Positions 13,307 through 26,271 of a stretch of 64,000 nt of DNA are shown one piece after another. This DNA is from Lingula anatina. Its lineage: Eukaryota > Animalia > Brachiopoda. The DNA lies in the NCBI GenBank assembly GCA_051362555.1, contig CM120645.1, forward strand, positions 19,902,001 to 19,966,000. Reading direction: 5' to 3'. Numbering within the stretch: the stretch's first letter is position 1; every line of letters begins with the position of its first letter. The notes under the pieces were generated by a model. The model did not search any database. It was not told the DNA's origin and worked only from the letters and a program-made list of their open reading frames with translations. A program made the translations under genes and the position numbers.

Positions 13307-16300
13307 GGACCTGGAACTGCCTCATTTGTTATCTATTATCTATATTAGTATTTAATGCTACAAAGTTTTATTATCATTTTGGCTGGCCATTATCGGCTAA
13401 TCTACCATTTGCAACTTTTTAAAACCTCTTATATACTGTTCCACATGTTAATTTCTATGTGCAAACTATCTATGTCAGCAATTTGGTAAGGGTTTTTCAT
13501 TTTTCATTTTTCCTTACTGCTGTAATCTTTTTAAAGGCCTTTGCCTTTGCCTAAAAATGTATCAATAAAACTGCATCTGCTTATCTCGGTGAATATTTCC
13601 CAAAAACCTTTTAATCAGCAAATGTGAAGGCTGTGATGGTTTGTTTTCCATTTTATTCACTCATCCAGCATCATCGATCAACCAAAAGTGCATATGTGTA
13701 AAAGTTCATTTCTATGTGCAATCTATGCAAAAATTTGGTAAAGGTTTATCCATTTCCAATGTCAACAAAAAATCACATTTTTTTTCTTAATGCTGTTATC
13801 TTTTTCAACATCTTAGCCTTTGTCCAAAATTTATCCATAAAACTGAGTTTGCATATTTTGGTGAATATTTTTCCACAAACCTTCTCATCAGCACAAGTGG
13901 AGGCTGTGATGGTTTGTTTTCCATTTTGTCCTTCCAAAGATACCTGAACCATTATCTCCATTTTCTCTACATCCTCACTTTCCATGCTACTGGTCAACAG
14001 TGGCTCCATCTCCTTTTCCATAATGACCAGTCTTAATTGTTCACTAGAAAGCATTAATGTTTTTAACGCCTTGGGCTTACTGTATGCTTTTTTATGCACA
14101 AAAAGAAGCTACTGATCTACCTGTATTTCTAAATAATATTGTGATGGTAGGAGCTTTTATACGTGGTGTCCTAATAATTTAAATTCTTCATTGTGATTCA
14201 AATACTCCCCTGAATGGCCCAATTTGAAATTAGTAGTACGACTCTTTAAGTAATACATGAAAATAAACTTGTTGTCAACTTCAAATGTTGTCAAAATATG
14301 TGTTTAAGATGAGATTAATCCAAAAACATTAGCCCACGTTTCGTCACCTTATCCCCTTTCAAATTGCCGGTATTGTAAAACACATTTATAAAACCAATAA
14401 AGGGGGCCCTGAGTTCATCTAAAATAAGCCTGATGGGGCCACCTGTAACTACTCAATCTGGCTGAAGCACTCCTGGGTTCATTTTTGTATAGTAACTTTA
14501 TGCATTTAAGCATTTTCTAATTTGGCTCTGAAAAGCTAGTAAAGCCCTTTCAGTTCATTGCCTAATCTATAACTGAATTATTGGGAAAAAAACCAAATTC
14601 TGTATCAAAATTGAATTCATGTAGCAATCGTGTTGAAAGTAGTTTTATACTACAGTGCGCCTAGTATTCTAATATTTCCTTTTCACTGTCATCAGGACAT
14701 CCTATGCCATACAACAATGTATATGACCACATCTCTGTCATAAACCACAATACTGAGATCACAGTCTAAAATAAGCGTTCTGGTAAATATACACAGCTCA
14801 TCAAAAAGCAATAGGGGAAGGGGGGCAACCAACCTTCACATTTGAGGTAAGACAAAAAAAATCCATTTTCACGCAACATATTAAATTTACAAAAATACAA
14901 GAAAATGTTGCAAAACCTGACTAAAAATGATAATCAAATACTCTCTCAATTTATAAATACCTCCATCGGAACGTAAACCCTTTCCTGGTAGCAGCTGATC
15001 CCAGATCTATCCAGGCAACAGAAACGCTACCAAGTGTGGACATGCAATCTCCTACCTGGGCAAACAAGAAGCCAGTGAGACAGATTCTGTGTTGCAATAA
15101 TCTAAAACAAAAAAAGAATCTGACAACACCATGCAGACGACAGGAGCCGACCTGATGACACCGAACCCTCCCATCTCACCCTGAATTTTAAGCGCTCAGG
15201 TAGTAGTCTGTTCATAAGGTGCAGCTCGGAGTATTCTTGCCACCAGCCAAAATGGACACGGAATATATAATACGTAGTAGTGTATTATTAAAAAGATGGA
15301 CATGAAAGAAACGTCAAATATAAAAATGTTGTAAGACAAGAGTGGGACATACTTGGACAGAGGGGTTGTGAAAGCCAGAAAGATAGAGATGTACCAAAGT
15401 TTGAAAGTTAAGCCTTTCAAGGACTCTCACAGTTGACCTTTTAAAATATTTGCCCACTGATTTCTTACAGAAATCATAGGAACAAGTAAAGAATATTGTT
15501 TTGATGTGCTTGAGGTCATTATAAATGGACTCCACACAATGGTAAATAGATTGAAATGGACTTCAAGGAAGGGCAAGCAAGAACTCAGGTGTTTAAAGTC
15601 ACTGGCTGTTTAAAATTAACAGAAGAGGAGACTTGAAGCAAATGGAAAATTCACTAAGACTAAACCCTCATTTCCCCAAACATGTCCGTAAGGTACAATG
15701 ACAGGCGCCTGGAAGTTAAATGAACACAGGGAAGGGGCAATCATTCTACTTATTATTTAATGTACATCTTTATTTGTACTCAGTAACCTATGTCAGAATA
15801 AATTACAGTACTTGTGACACTGTTAGCTTGTGACAAAAAGTGTTTATGGTTAATTGATGTGCCGTTTAAGGTTAAAGACAGATTAAGACAAGAAGACAAC
15901 TACATTACTTTCTTGATGTACATGTTTTGGATAATAGATGAATCTTCAGTGTTCAATCTTAACAAACCAATGAATACATAAAAACCATACCAGTAATTTT
16001 TCTTGACAGCCTTAGTTCAAATTTTATCTTTGAAACGGGCAAAACAATGTCTTCGTTCGATGAATCGTTGTAATTAGGGGCTCATAATTCCATGATCAAA
16101 ACATTTAAACCAAAATAACGACATGGGTTCAAAGCCCATTTACTAGTTGTCACCTATGCCAATTTTTGTGATAAGATCGCCTTCATGGATGAAGTTTACC
16201 CAATACCCATTGCTATCTCAACTCAAAATAAAAAGCTGTAAAATGCTCAGCAACAAGAAATATGAACGCTGATGTTTTTATATTTTCAAGGGGATTTTTA

Positions 16301-19300
16301 TTATTATTTTTTAATCAGCAACATGGTCAAAACATTACTGAATAATAAGATGCATTGAATAAAGCTCATTTTCGGTATTTTGATGATCATAAACCCTGTC
16401 AGTAACCTTGGAGTCATAAACAAATTTAAATGAGGTGTCAGCAGCACTACGAAATTTATGAACACCTTCAATTGTTATGTAAGCTGAAGCAGAGATGAAC
16501 AGGTGACCCCCAAAAGTGCGCCTCTACATCTATTAACAAAAATTCTTCGACGTTAATGCGTCGCCTGCTGTGATGGGAACAGTTAATAAAGCATTCAAGT
16601 TTGTAAAAAAAAGATCTATTAAAGCAATAATCATGCAGTTATTTTAACAATCTCCTTTCTGTTAAAACATTGGCATTCAGAAACTTAAAAAGCAAGTTGA
16701 CTTAAGATTAAATATTTAATATTACAAAAAAAAAAAAAAAATCAGAAAATTCAATCGCCAACTACCTCCACTGATATCTATAGATTTTACTGCCTGGATC
16801 TTGACTACATCTACATTAAATAAACCTAATAATAATAATAATATTTAAGAAATTTACCATAAAAAAATCTAAACTTGAAAATAGAATATTCACCCCGAGA
16901 GACAACCCTACCCACTTTCACATTAAATAATAGGTATGTTTATCTGTTAAACTGATTGCCTTCAGCGAGGGTGTGAGAGTTGGATTCAGGCCTAACCAAC
17001 TACCAGACTCGGCACCTAAGGATCCTGAATTAACCGGTTTATCGGACCACACTACCCGTTTTCAAGGTGTGTGTCAGATCGCATTTCGGAGTATCAGTCA
17101 GAACACCGACAGGATGAGCTCACGCTCAGCTGTCACCTTGATTGGATAGTAAACGATTGTCGTATTTAATCGCTAAATGATTTTAAAACCGGGTGCATAA
17201 ATTTGAAAGCCACCTAGATGAACCTTAGACTGCCACATTAATCTAATACAATGCAAAAAAGCCCTATCAAAAGTGGTTAAAACATTCAAACCGAATGTCG
17301 TAAAGTCCCCATATACCCCCATAGAGACAATGAAATAGAGTACTCTAAAGTAAGAGTACAGTTTAAGGTTGTTCAGCCGAGCGTGGATGAGCCCGCAGTC
17401 GTCCTACAAAATTTGTTCTGGAGTATGATACTCCGAAATGCGATCTGACACACACCTTGAAAACGGGTAGTGTGGTCCGATAAACCGGTTAATTCAGGAT
17501 CCTTAGGTGCCGAGTCTGGTAGTTGGTTAGGCCTGGGATTGATCTATGTAGAATGACAGCTTCACTGGGAATGACCCCTAACACAGCTAGAATCCATTAC
17601 TGCACGGACTCTCTCTCACGCATTCAGTGCTCACAATGTATCAACCTCAAAGCCAGACAACTCACACCGTCCTAGAATGACACACCTTGCTGGCTTCATA
17701 CAGCAGACTACCTGTCTGGCTTGATTGTCTGTGGACCATGTTAGTGAACAACTTCATAAATATATGATGCAACAGTTTTTCTAAGTTGGCACATAATTTT
17801 GCACTGTGATGTTTACTGCAAGTCTGGTGTTAAAGTTGGTATAATTATTAAGTGCAGGGTTACCTTTTGTTTAAAATTGAAAAGGTAAAAATTAAAAAAA
17901 AAACTTCATAATTTTCTTCCTGTTACCTAACTACACTGATTCACTGATAATATTCATAATATACATTCCCACTCTCAATTTACAGGAAAACAACCCCAAT
18001 TGTTACAAAAGTCAAGTCAGAGGAAAACTCAAGGCATTAATAGAAGAAACATGATATGATTACAATAAGACCATAACTCATGTCAATCACACATTTTCTG
18101 TATCAGTCAGAAACACTCGGCGTTTTATAAATCCAGTTCATATTCAATAACATAAAAGATGTCTTTTTCTTCTAAAAATACAAATTTGCCCTCAATTCTT
18201 CAGCTAAACTTCCCTTATTTGGGCATATCATTCATCTTGAACAGTCAAAAAATAAATTAATGAAAAAAATATATCATTTATGAAAATGATAGGTATAATA
18301 AAAAAACTATACCTTCTTCTTTTAATAAATTATTTCATATATACATGCCTGTGAAGGTTCATAAAAAAAAAAGAGAAGAACCCAGACATCATGTTCATCT
18401 AATTGTCGCAATATTTTGGTGGTTTCCTTCAAACAATGAATTCTTTATTGTCTGTCGAAACACCTGTCAGAGATGTCTTCTTTGATTTCATTGCTTGTAA
18501 CATCAAATAACCTTGGGCCTTTCACCTGTACTTTTCCATAGTTTCTCTATTTTTCTCTTCCTGCTCTCTCTTTCTCTCTCTCTCTCTCTCAGTTTTCACC
18601 AGAGTGTGCTAAAGCATTGGACCCTGTTGTACAATTATGTATTATTTCCATTTCAGAGGCTTTTCTTTTTTCATTGCAAAAGAGAATTTCTTGGAATGAC
18701 ACACAATATCAGAAATACTAGACAGGTTGAGGTGGGTGAGTAAAAACAGCCTCAACTTTGTTTTAAGGCTTTTTTATGACAAAGAATTTCTTGGAATTAC
18801 ACACAATGTCAGAATATCTTGAGTCCACAAGTTAAGTAGGATGAGTAAAGAACAACCTCGACTTCTCAACAGTGTAGCTAGCAGCACAAGTCCTCAAATG
18901 ATCACAGTAATAATGGTGAACACCAAGAGACCTCGTGTCACCGATTCTGGAGAGACTGCCACCGAGCCTTCAACTTGTGACATTAAATGCTCTTGCTTTG
19001 AAAGACCCTGAAGGCTTTCTCCAAAAAGGAGGATTGTGTTCGGCTGTCTAGCAGATATCAAAACAAGATTTAAGGTCATCTTGGGTAAAAAAAAGAAGCC
19101 ACTTGAAAATTTATTTGAAAAAAAAAAAAAGTTAATTGTGGTTAATTATTTAAGAAATATATTTTTTCAAGTCAGAAATATGGTCAAGATATTCCAAAAT
19201 TCTTTCATATTGGCTAAATGCTCTCTCTCTCTCTCTCTCTCTCACAATGGACTTCATCCACCAAATTATCTCAAGCAGGGAAATTTAAAACAAGATTCTT

Positions 19301-22300
19301 CTCTGTAGAATCATTTTTGGACATAGTTTTATGATGCTGTTAATAACCTTTAGCAAGAGCATTTATAATAGTTGTCACGAGAGTTCAAGGATGGCAGTTA
19401 ATGACAAACTTAAATCTCCTGATGTTTAAATTTCATACACTTTTTTATGGTTCCCTGGAGGTAGGTTTTCACTAAACACATTTTTATTATGCCCTGGGTG
19501 TTGATGAATTAATAATCTGACATCAAACGTTAAAAAACATATATTACTGAATTGAAAATTCATCTACCCCTGCTAAAAAAAAGTTGATCTATTGAAGTGC
19601 AAATTCAATCTCAAATGACAAAATGCACTGCGGTTGAAAATGTATTCTTCTCTTCATCACGAAGACACATATACCGCAGTCACACCAGTGAGTCTTGATC
19701 ACTGCCTGCATTCAATCGTATGATCTGTCAGTATTAAGTGTCATAACTGCATATTACCCCATGAGAATATACACAATACAACCAGGTGCAGAAAAAGTTG
19801 CATGAAAAAAGTACTCCAATTTGTTAACATGTATATCTCTTACACACCACAAATTCTATTACTTATTTTCCACATCCCACACTGTAACACTGCCTAATCA
19901 ATACATATACGGTAATTCTCCAATCTATACGAACGATTTAAATTAATTATTTTTGGAAGATAATCGTTTTGTTCGTAAGGCTTGAAATTCAGTCTGATAA
20001 AAATTGCCACGCGTTCGTATCCATTGAAATACGAATGGAATACGGCTGTACCGGAAGTTATTTCCACTTACCTAACATTGTTAAGTGTAAGCATTACTTT
20101 CAGATTAAATCACTGTGATCAGCTTTTAGCACAAACAAATTATTCTTGCGATATTGCAATGAATAAAAACAAACTAAACAAAAGTCGGGAATTCAACAAT
20201 TTCTTCATACTAAAGAGTTACATTTCTCCCAAGACAAGACAACATCGTTTTTCCCTGTTATGTTTTACCAAGACAGGACAACATCGTTTTTCCCAACTTC
20301 TGTCAAAAACAGACAAGAATATTTGCGAATCCAGTTGCATATTTTATTCATTGCGTGTTTACTTTTAATATGATTTCACATATAGAAAATTTGCAATATT
20401 AATAATGTCACCCCCCATTAGGCTTACATAAATTTCTTCCGCCAAAACAAAATACTTGAAACTCCTCACAGTAGATATCACTGATGTTAATAGAGATTAT
20501 ACTTGATATAAAAAATAACATCAGCTCAATTCACGTCTATTTATGAAAGTCTTTTACAGAATATTAATTTGCACGCAATCAATGTATACTTAATTAGAAA
20601 AAATACAGAAAACTGCAGGCAAATTTGTATAAAGTCATACGGCACCTTTATTTTTCACAATCACCAATATCAGTAAGGTTTACCTAATAGTTGTTGACAA
20701 GGTCTTTAACAAGGAAAAACAAACAAACAAACAAACAAAAAAAGCATGAACTTTATCACAACTCAAATTAGAAAAATAAATACAGTACAATACAAGAAGA
20801 AACTTCTCTTAAAAAAATTAATTTCCGAATGACTACCAAAAACAAATAAAAAACTCGATCATTGACTATGGATTTCTCATACTCTTCTGTTGTGCGTGGG
20901 GTTTCACGTTTATAGATTTTACTGGAAACCAGATATCGGTGAAACACCGATGGTGGATGTTGATGATCTAGTCGGCCGGCAGAAGTTAAGAAATGATAAT
21001 AAACAGTAAGTAATTTATGTGTACTGATGCTTTCAATAATTTCTTAATAACAATAGGGTTTTAAAACTGGCCTGCAGCTGCCGGCGGGCAGGTTGAGTCC
21101 TTCTATCGTCTCATTCAAAAACAGAACAAATACATGATAACAATCTCTCCTGTCAAGTGGCACTTCCTTTGTTTAGAACGGTGGTCTAAAAACTCGCTTT
21201 GACGAATCATGGGGCGAATTTCAATTGGGCACACTTTCTTGCGTTCGGAAAATTTAAATTGTGCCCAAGGCGAGTTTAGCGATCGTTCGTACAGAACGGA
21301 GACAAAAAATTCAGATTCAGAGAAAAAACGTTTCGTTCGTAATTATTGCGGCGTTCGTATAGATTGGAGAATTACCGTAGTTATATCGTGTTCACAATTT
21401 GGTGCCTATTGAGATTTGTGGTTGGGGCATATCCAGTTCTTGGATCCATAAATACCCAATGTAACATGCTGAATCTTGTATTTATGTACCATGTAGTTTC
21501 TGCCTGAAATAGTTAGTGCAATTCAGGACAATTCTACAATCCACAAAATCTTTAATTTTCACAATGTGCATGCCTTGCTATTAGATACTACCCTAAGGCC
21601 CTACTATAACTATAAGGATCTATTTGTAACTATTCAGATACTATCCATTCCTGTTGTGACACTGTCTGATATTGTCTATAATCCACTTGTCTACACAAGG
21701 GATACTATCCCTACAGCTGGGAACTGTCCTATCACTGATGGGCTAATATCCGTTATAGCGGATAATATTCGTTATAATAGCAGATACTATCCCTTAGTAT
21801 TGAGATTCTATCCTTTACAAGAGAGAGATGCTATCCATGATTACCATTTGGGATATTTTTCATTATTTTCAGAGAAGAAAAATTGACTTAAAAACAGCTC
21901 TATGAAGATTAAACTTACTCTACTAACAAAATATTTCAGGAAAACATTTGTTTAGAAACATGAAAATGTATACCATATGTGAAGCAGAGAATTAACTTTA
22001 ATATGACAGGAACAAAAACGTACGTGCACAGAATAACAATGACCCTATATCCTGCTTGATCATTTTTGCAGATATCATTTAAGGACATCAAGTATTGCCT
22101 CAGGTAATAAGCGCCAACTTCATGTGCAGCTTTACCAGGATTTTAACCGTAAAATCTTTATCGCAACTTGACAAAACTGCTCAAATTTCCTCTTCTCCAA
22201 TATCTTCTCTTAATTTTGTTTAAAATAATTGATTCAGAGTTCATTTTATCTAGACTCCAGGAAGGCATTCACCTTCCAATTACAGCAGAGATGTCCCTAG

Positions 22301-25300
22301 GGAGGAGGACTGCATGCAAATGGCATTTCTTCCATCACACTTACTCTAAAGGAAGTTTTAGAGATGCATGGCATGTTGTTAGGGAGATTATTCTTGTTGA
22401 GAGTTTTTGGTTTAGGTGAGAATGGCAATGAACACCAAGTTAAATTTTAAAGTATTTTAAGTATCAACAGGGGATGCATTTTCAAACAGGATTAAGGCCG
22501 CATTCAGACGAGTGGACTAACGAGTCCGAGGGTCAAATATGGCCGACCCACTTGAATGGTCCCATAGACATTACGCACTGCTGGCTAACTCATTTAATGA
22601 CCTTTTTTGCACAGAAATCCAGTCCAGAAGGCAGGAACTTTTGATTTGGACTGGTGGTTTTTTTGAGGCCCACTAGTCCCAAGTGAGCAGCATGCAAATA
22701 AGTTAAAGGTACAAACTGCCACAGATTTTAATCCACGTGTACGTGAGCGTGCATGCATGTGCATGAGAGTGCAGCCTGTTTCAAAAATTCCTTAACCAAC
22801 TCGCACTTCAGTTCACCAAGTTCCAAGAATCTACCGACCCAAACCAGAGATATTGGTTAGTCTCTGACAAAATTAATAACAATTTCACTAGCCTGCCTTC
22901 ACTTCTACTGGGGCAGCATGGGGCAATGGCTAGCATTGACTGTGAGAGTATAACCTTGGTCATTTTTAAGGTCAAGGATACTTTCTATAGATATATCCAT
23001 TCGTCCCAGTCGGGGCAAATCAATAGACTTTCTTCCCAAATAGATTGATGTTAACTTTCTGTATGTAATATCAAAGTAGCAGGGATACAGAAGTGGCAAT
23101 TCTAACACACTTTGGGCATGTGTATAAACTGTCTGTAGGCAATTTAGAATGAAGATTCAATAGGCCACAGGCTCACTGTTCCAAAACCGACAATACATTA
23201 CTATACTTCGCACGATTTGACATTTCTTATATTCAAAAGTTCATTGATCTGAAGGTGTATTGGTCTCAAGGGAGAAATGATACCATTTTAACATCATCAT
23301 CATCAGTGGTTAAGTGTTCAAGCTGTTTTCAAGTAAATTGCCCTTGACCTTTGAAAAATAAAATACAATAAAAGAATAAAACTTAACCTCTGAGCAAACA
23401 TAAAGAAGTCATGGGCCATAAAATTTTTGTGTATTAAACAGCTCATGATCAGCAAAAAATCAGTAGAGCTGATCAGAAAATTATTTTCTGTCAGAAAATT
23501 ATTTTCAATACAAGAAATAACCATGAAATCTCCATTCATCTCTCTTAAATCAGCAAATTATACTGTCCTTGAAAATTCAGTAGTGCTTAACATACCATGT
23601 TTTAGTAAAAGCAGAGAGCCCAACAGAAAAAGTGTAAACTGTTGTTCAAAGCTCAAAGAAGCTGTTGGACAAAGGCTTCAAACTTTTAACATTGTTTGTA
23701 CATAAACTGTTTCATTTCCCAACTTAAGTTCAAACCACAAGCTTCAAAACTCAATATAAGAAAGCACAAAAACTGGGTCTGTTCCATGCATTTAAATTAA
23801 TCATATTTTCCAGCGAAACATTTCTCTTTCAATAAACGTAATATGTGTGCATGCATGCCCCAGCACACACCCACACACTTTTGTGTCTTCATAGTTAGTA
23901 AAAGCTAGCCTAACTTAGACTGTTTACTAGTAACCTATGTCAATTTTGCAGCCTTGGTCCAGAAGCATTTTCAAATGATTTTTTTTTTAAATAAATTCAA
24001 CTGACAAACCCAAATGGGCTTCTCTCCCCACTGAGAGTAAAACCATTATCAGCACAATCAAACTTTCCTCAAGGGACACAGTTAAAAAGGCAAATAAATT
24101 TTGCAAAGAAAAAATGTATTAGGTTAGGAGACTTAAGTCTTTTTGAAACACAGGTAATCAGTTAAAAATTTCCAGCAGTTTTTTTTTGCTTAGAACAATA
24201 TCTGACTTTTCTCATTATGCAAAACAAGGATCAGCCTGTGATAACAGGTCTGGTATTTACATTATGGAGTATTCAACTGGACTCATTACACACGTCTGTC
24301 TTTCTAATCAAGTTCTACTGTGATAAAGGTAGGCACTGTGTAATGTGTTCCTTTCCAAGTACAGAGAGACAAGAATTTTGAAGTCCAATAGTAAATATTG
24401 TAATCAAGTCAAGTCCCTATAAGTTTATCACCTGGGGCATGTTTAATAATATCTTAAATCAGTCTCTAGACTAAAAGCTTAGCCTGCTATAACTTAGCTG
24501 ATTAAGTTCTTCTTCATAAAAATCTATAAGGCCACACTTATCTGGTTTCCTTTTTTCCCAGAGTTTTAGTTAAGGTCTTTGAACAAATTGTCTGTCTTGA
24601 TTTTTACAGCTCTCAAAGGTGACAGTAGCCCATTTATCAATGCCAAATACAGTTTTGGGGACAATCATTTTTAAAAGTTCTCAGTCAGACCAGTGTTGCA
24701 GCGTTGACTTTACATATTCAGCTATTCAATTTTAGCTGACTAAGATTAGCCCAAGAACTAAAAATAAAAAAAAAAAAAAAAACACTTCGGAGACAGACCA
24801 GAGGATGTAATTTGTCAGATACCCTTTTAGTAGTTAACTTTAGTTTACTTTATACAGACTATATACAGCCTAGTGCTGAAAAGATGGTAGGAATGCAATC
24901 TGCAATCCAGGGGCAGATCCAGAGATATTTTCTGAGTCTTCCAAATTATCTTTGTTGATCCATCCTCCATTTTTGACCGTCTTCCGACAGAAAAAATTAA
25001 ATACACGTCAATGTAAACTTGAAAATCTGACCGTCTTCCAGAAGACCCTGAAGACGGCCTAAATCCGCCCCTGCAATCTGTACTCAATTCTACATGCAAG
25101 TGCTATGTACTGCATATGCACATGTAATTCTAAGTAAATAATGCCTAGAAAAAAGGCACCTAAACTGGCAACACTCAGGGAAGATGTGTGAAACACTAGG
25201 GTACCGTAGCGCTAGCAATTTTTTTCGCTTAGCCAAATCACCACATTTTTGTCAATTTGTTATCAAAGTTGTTATAATTTGGCTAAAACATGTCAAATCA

Positions 25301-26053
25301 AGCCCTTTTTCTTTAGCCAATTTAAGTCAGTTCTAGCATTTGGCTAAATTGGCGAGTGTAAGCGCTACCCCAGACACTATTTAGTACTTGTCAATGGTTC
25401 CAGACAGCTGATGTATGATCATGATAAATCTACGTGCTTATGTCAATGTGTTTATCAAATTTTACAATGCACAAAAAGCTCAAACAGGAATATTCACAAA
25501 CATAAAATAATTTGTCGATAGCCCTTGATGGTCCACATCTTGCATTATATACAGTGTAGTAAAGCCACAGACACCGCTGGTGCTTCAGGTGAAAAAGGAA
25601 GATGTTTTACAAAGACTTAATTGGTCGATAATACCCAAGGACTGTGACTGTAAAACTATCTGTAGGGCAAGTTCTGTTGCTACTGTGTACATTGTATCCA
25701 TGCATTCAATAGTGAAACATTTGGTGGACAAGGGCTACGCATTTAACAACATGGGTTCGCGAGCACTAAATCTTCACACCAGAAGCAATTTGCCTTTAAC
25801 AGCCGAAGCAATGCTTACGATACAGCGCACATAAGCGAAAGCACAACAATCAATGACAGCATATAACCTCGCTCGTAACTAAATTAATTTAATTTCTTAA
25901 TAGTTACATCTAACACAATGGGTGTCTTTAATGCCTCAAATAATCACTTACCCTTGCTTGGGCCTCATCACCAATAAGTTTGTGGTCAGTTACTTTTGCC
26001 CTTGATTTTTCTGAAACAACGGCATCTTCGGAGTCGTGATCTTCGTCCGCCAT
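3974..26053 (-). CDS. AHCYL1: AHCYL1/IRBIT-family (S-adenosylhomocysteine hydrolase-like) gene, 5' part only. Exons 26053-25952, candidate 6569-6531, 4194-4147 and 4076-3974; continues beyond the left edge
   Basis: Exon 1 MADEDHDSEDAVVSEKSRAKVTDHKLIGDEAQAR|gtaagt (102 nt, phase 0). Exon tag|KIKEEKPAIPSTKEKG|gtgcca (48 nt, weak donor). Exon ttccag|EIKYKNLGTPRAKGSRIRSRSLSHESSDAESYST(S)|gtgagt (103 nt, phase 0 to 1). RSRSLS..SS...SYS resembles the IRBIT Ser-rich domain (human RSLSRSISQSSTDSYSS; fly RSRSLSASSTDSFSS). The exon phases match vertebrate AHCYL1 exon 2 as I recall them. Adjacency to STRIP supports the call. The AHCY-like domain is not in the window. Confidence 0.72.
5779..5853. repeat. 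~10-bp degenerate tandem repeat (TGATACAAAC)
   Basis: About 7 units visible. Confidence 0.65.
6531..6569 (-). CDS. Candidate 39-nt in-frame cassette exon of the AHCYL gene (TQRLKLQLPPIGH)
   Basis: Minus strand: T12-ctcag acceptor, 39 nt open in phase 0, donor CAT|gtaagt. Compatible with the flanking phase-0 junctions. Confidence 0.45.
7624..8030. mobile_element. Two adjacent old MITEs with GGG(CC)..TTCAC / GTGAA..CCC ends (PIF/Harbinger-like)
   Basis: TTCACCAAAGAACTTAAGTCAGTTCCCTG vs CAGGGAACCTGACTTAAGTTTGTGAA; the second element ends TTTGGTGAACTGGCCCC. Confidence 0.55.
10459..10766. mobile_element. ~300-bp diverged fold-back (palindromic) MITE
   Basis: Left arm AGAACAGATGATCC..ACTAAATATGGACGATCCCATTTAAAAAGCAATG..CCTCCATGCACC is an imperfect reverse complement of the right arm GGTGCCAGTGGAGG..CATTACTTTTTAATTGGGTTCGGCCATATTTAGT..GATCGTCTGTTCT. 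Confidence 0.75.
11404..11564 (+). mobile_element. MITE family B copy, left end degraded
   Basis: Shares GGGAAAAGGTCC...GGTAAAATTTGATCTAGGTACATG...AAATTGCTGGC.ACGGGCCTG with 38338-38527. Confidence 0.8.
11891..11935. repeat. (CA)n microsatellite preceded by poly-C. Other CA/TG, GA/CT and ATTT tracts at ~2292, 30349, 35292, 41746, 42895, 51585, 52359, 56293
   Basis: Direct inspection. Confidence 0.9.
13255..13302. repeat. (TA)n microsatellite; similar tracts at ~32359-32401, ~49200-49262 and 58557-58638
   Basis: Direct inspection. Confidence 0.95.
13450..13935. repeat. Diverged tandem duplication, ~260-270-bp unit, of a decayed coding-like sequence
   Basis: GGTGAATATTT..CC..AAACCTT..ATCAGCA..AGGCTGTGATGGTTTGTTTTCCATTTT at ~13588 and ~13860; AATTTGGTAA(G/A)GGTTT at ~13480 and ~13732. 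Confidence 0.75.
16987..17535. mobile_element. 549-bp non-autonomous DNA transposon with perfect 110-bp TIRs and 5-bp TSD GGATT
   Basis: 16987-17096 is the exact reverse complement of 17426-17535 (CAGGCCTAACCAACTACC...). GGATT on both flanks. Confidence 0.92.
18655..18868. repeat. Diverged direct duplication, ~105-bp unit x2
   Basis: AGAATTTCTTGGAAT.ACACACAAT.TCAGAA and TGAGTAAA..ACA.CCTC.ACTT each occur twice. Confidence 0.7.
19910..21377. mobile_element. ~1.47-kb non-autonomous Tc1/mariner-superfamily-like element
   Basis: Perfect 26-bp TIR CGGTAATTCTCCAATCTATACGAACG (19910-19935 / 21352-21377), TA on both flanks, extra subterminal TACGAA/TTCGTA motifs, no intact transposase ORF. Confidence 0.85.
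24908..25073 (+). mobile_element. ~167-bp MITE family A (CAGGGGCGGAT...ATCCGCCCCTG), TSD CAATC
   Basis: TIRs; 5-bp TSD; near-identical copies at 28172-28323, 37475-37642 and 56711-56877. Confidence 0.88.
25198..25373. mobile_element. Degenerate MITE with GTAGCGCT...AGCGCTAC ends and internal TTAGCCAA/TTGGCTAA repeats
   Basis: Imperfect TIRs; ACACT on both flanks (possible 5-bp TSD). Confidence 0.55.
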
Positions 26054-26271
26054 TTTCACAGCTGTGAGACCATGTGATCAAAACTTTTTTCGAAATACCC
26101 CACGGCAGATTTTATCCTTTTTAATTCAGATTAGGAACAGATTTATGAACTTTTTAACTTAACGACTGAGCTTGGCTTCAGTGTTTGAGTGCGTTTTTAT
26201 AGCAGACTGTCGCTTTAGTTTTTGTGAAATAATCATAGGTGGCAGCACACGTCTTGTACACAAAATCCAAG
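26054..26271. promoter_or_regulatory. Bidirectional promoter and 5'UTRs shared by the AHCYL and STRIP genes
   Basis: Divergent ATGs at 26053 (-) and 26272 (+). Both sit in YY1-like contexts (AAAATGGCGG; CAAGATGGAC). CTCF-like TAGGTGGCAGCA at ~26236-26247. Locally CpG-rich. Confidence 0.75.

Noticed and set aside
15056-15101. 46-nt minus-strand pseudo-exon in AHCYL intron 1 (ttttgttttag...CCCAG|gtagga)
   Set aside because: Frameshifting and without homology; such signals arise by chance in a 20-kb intron. Could only be a poison exon.
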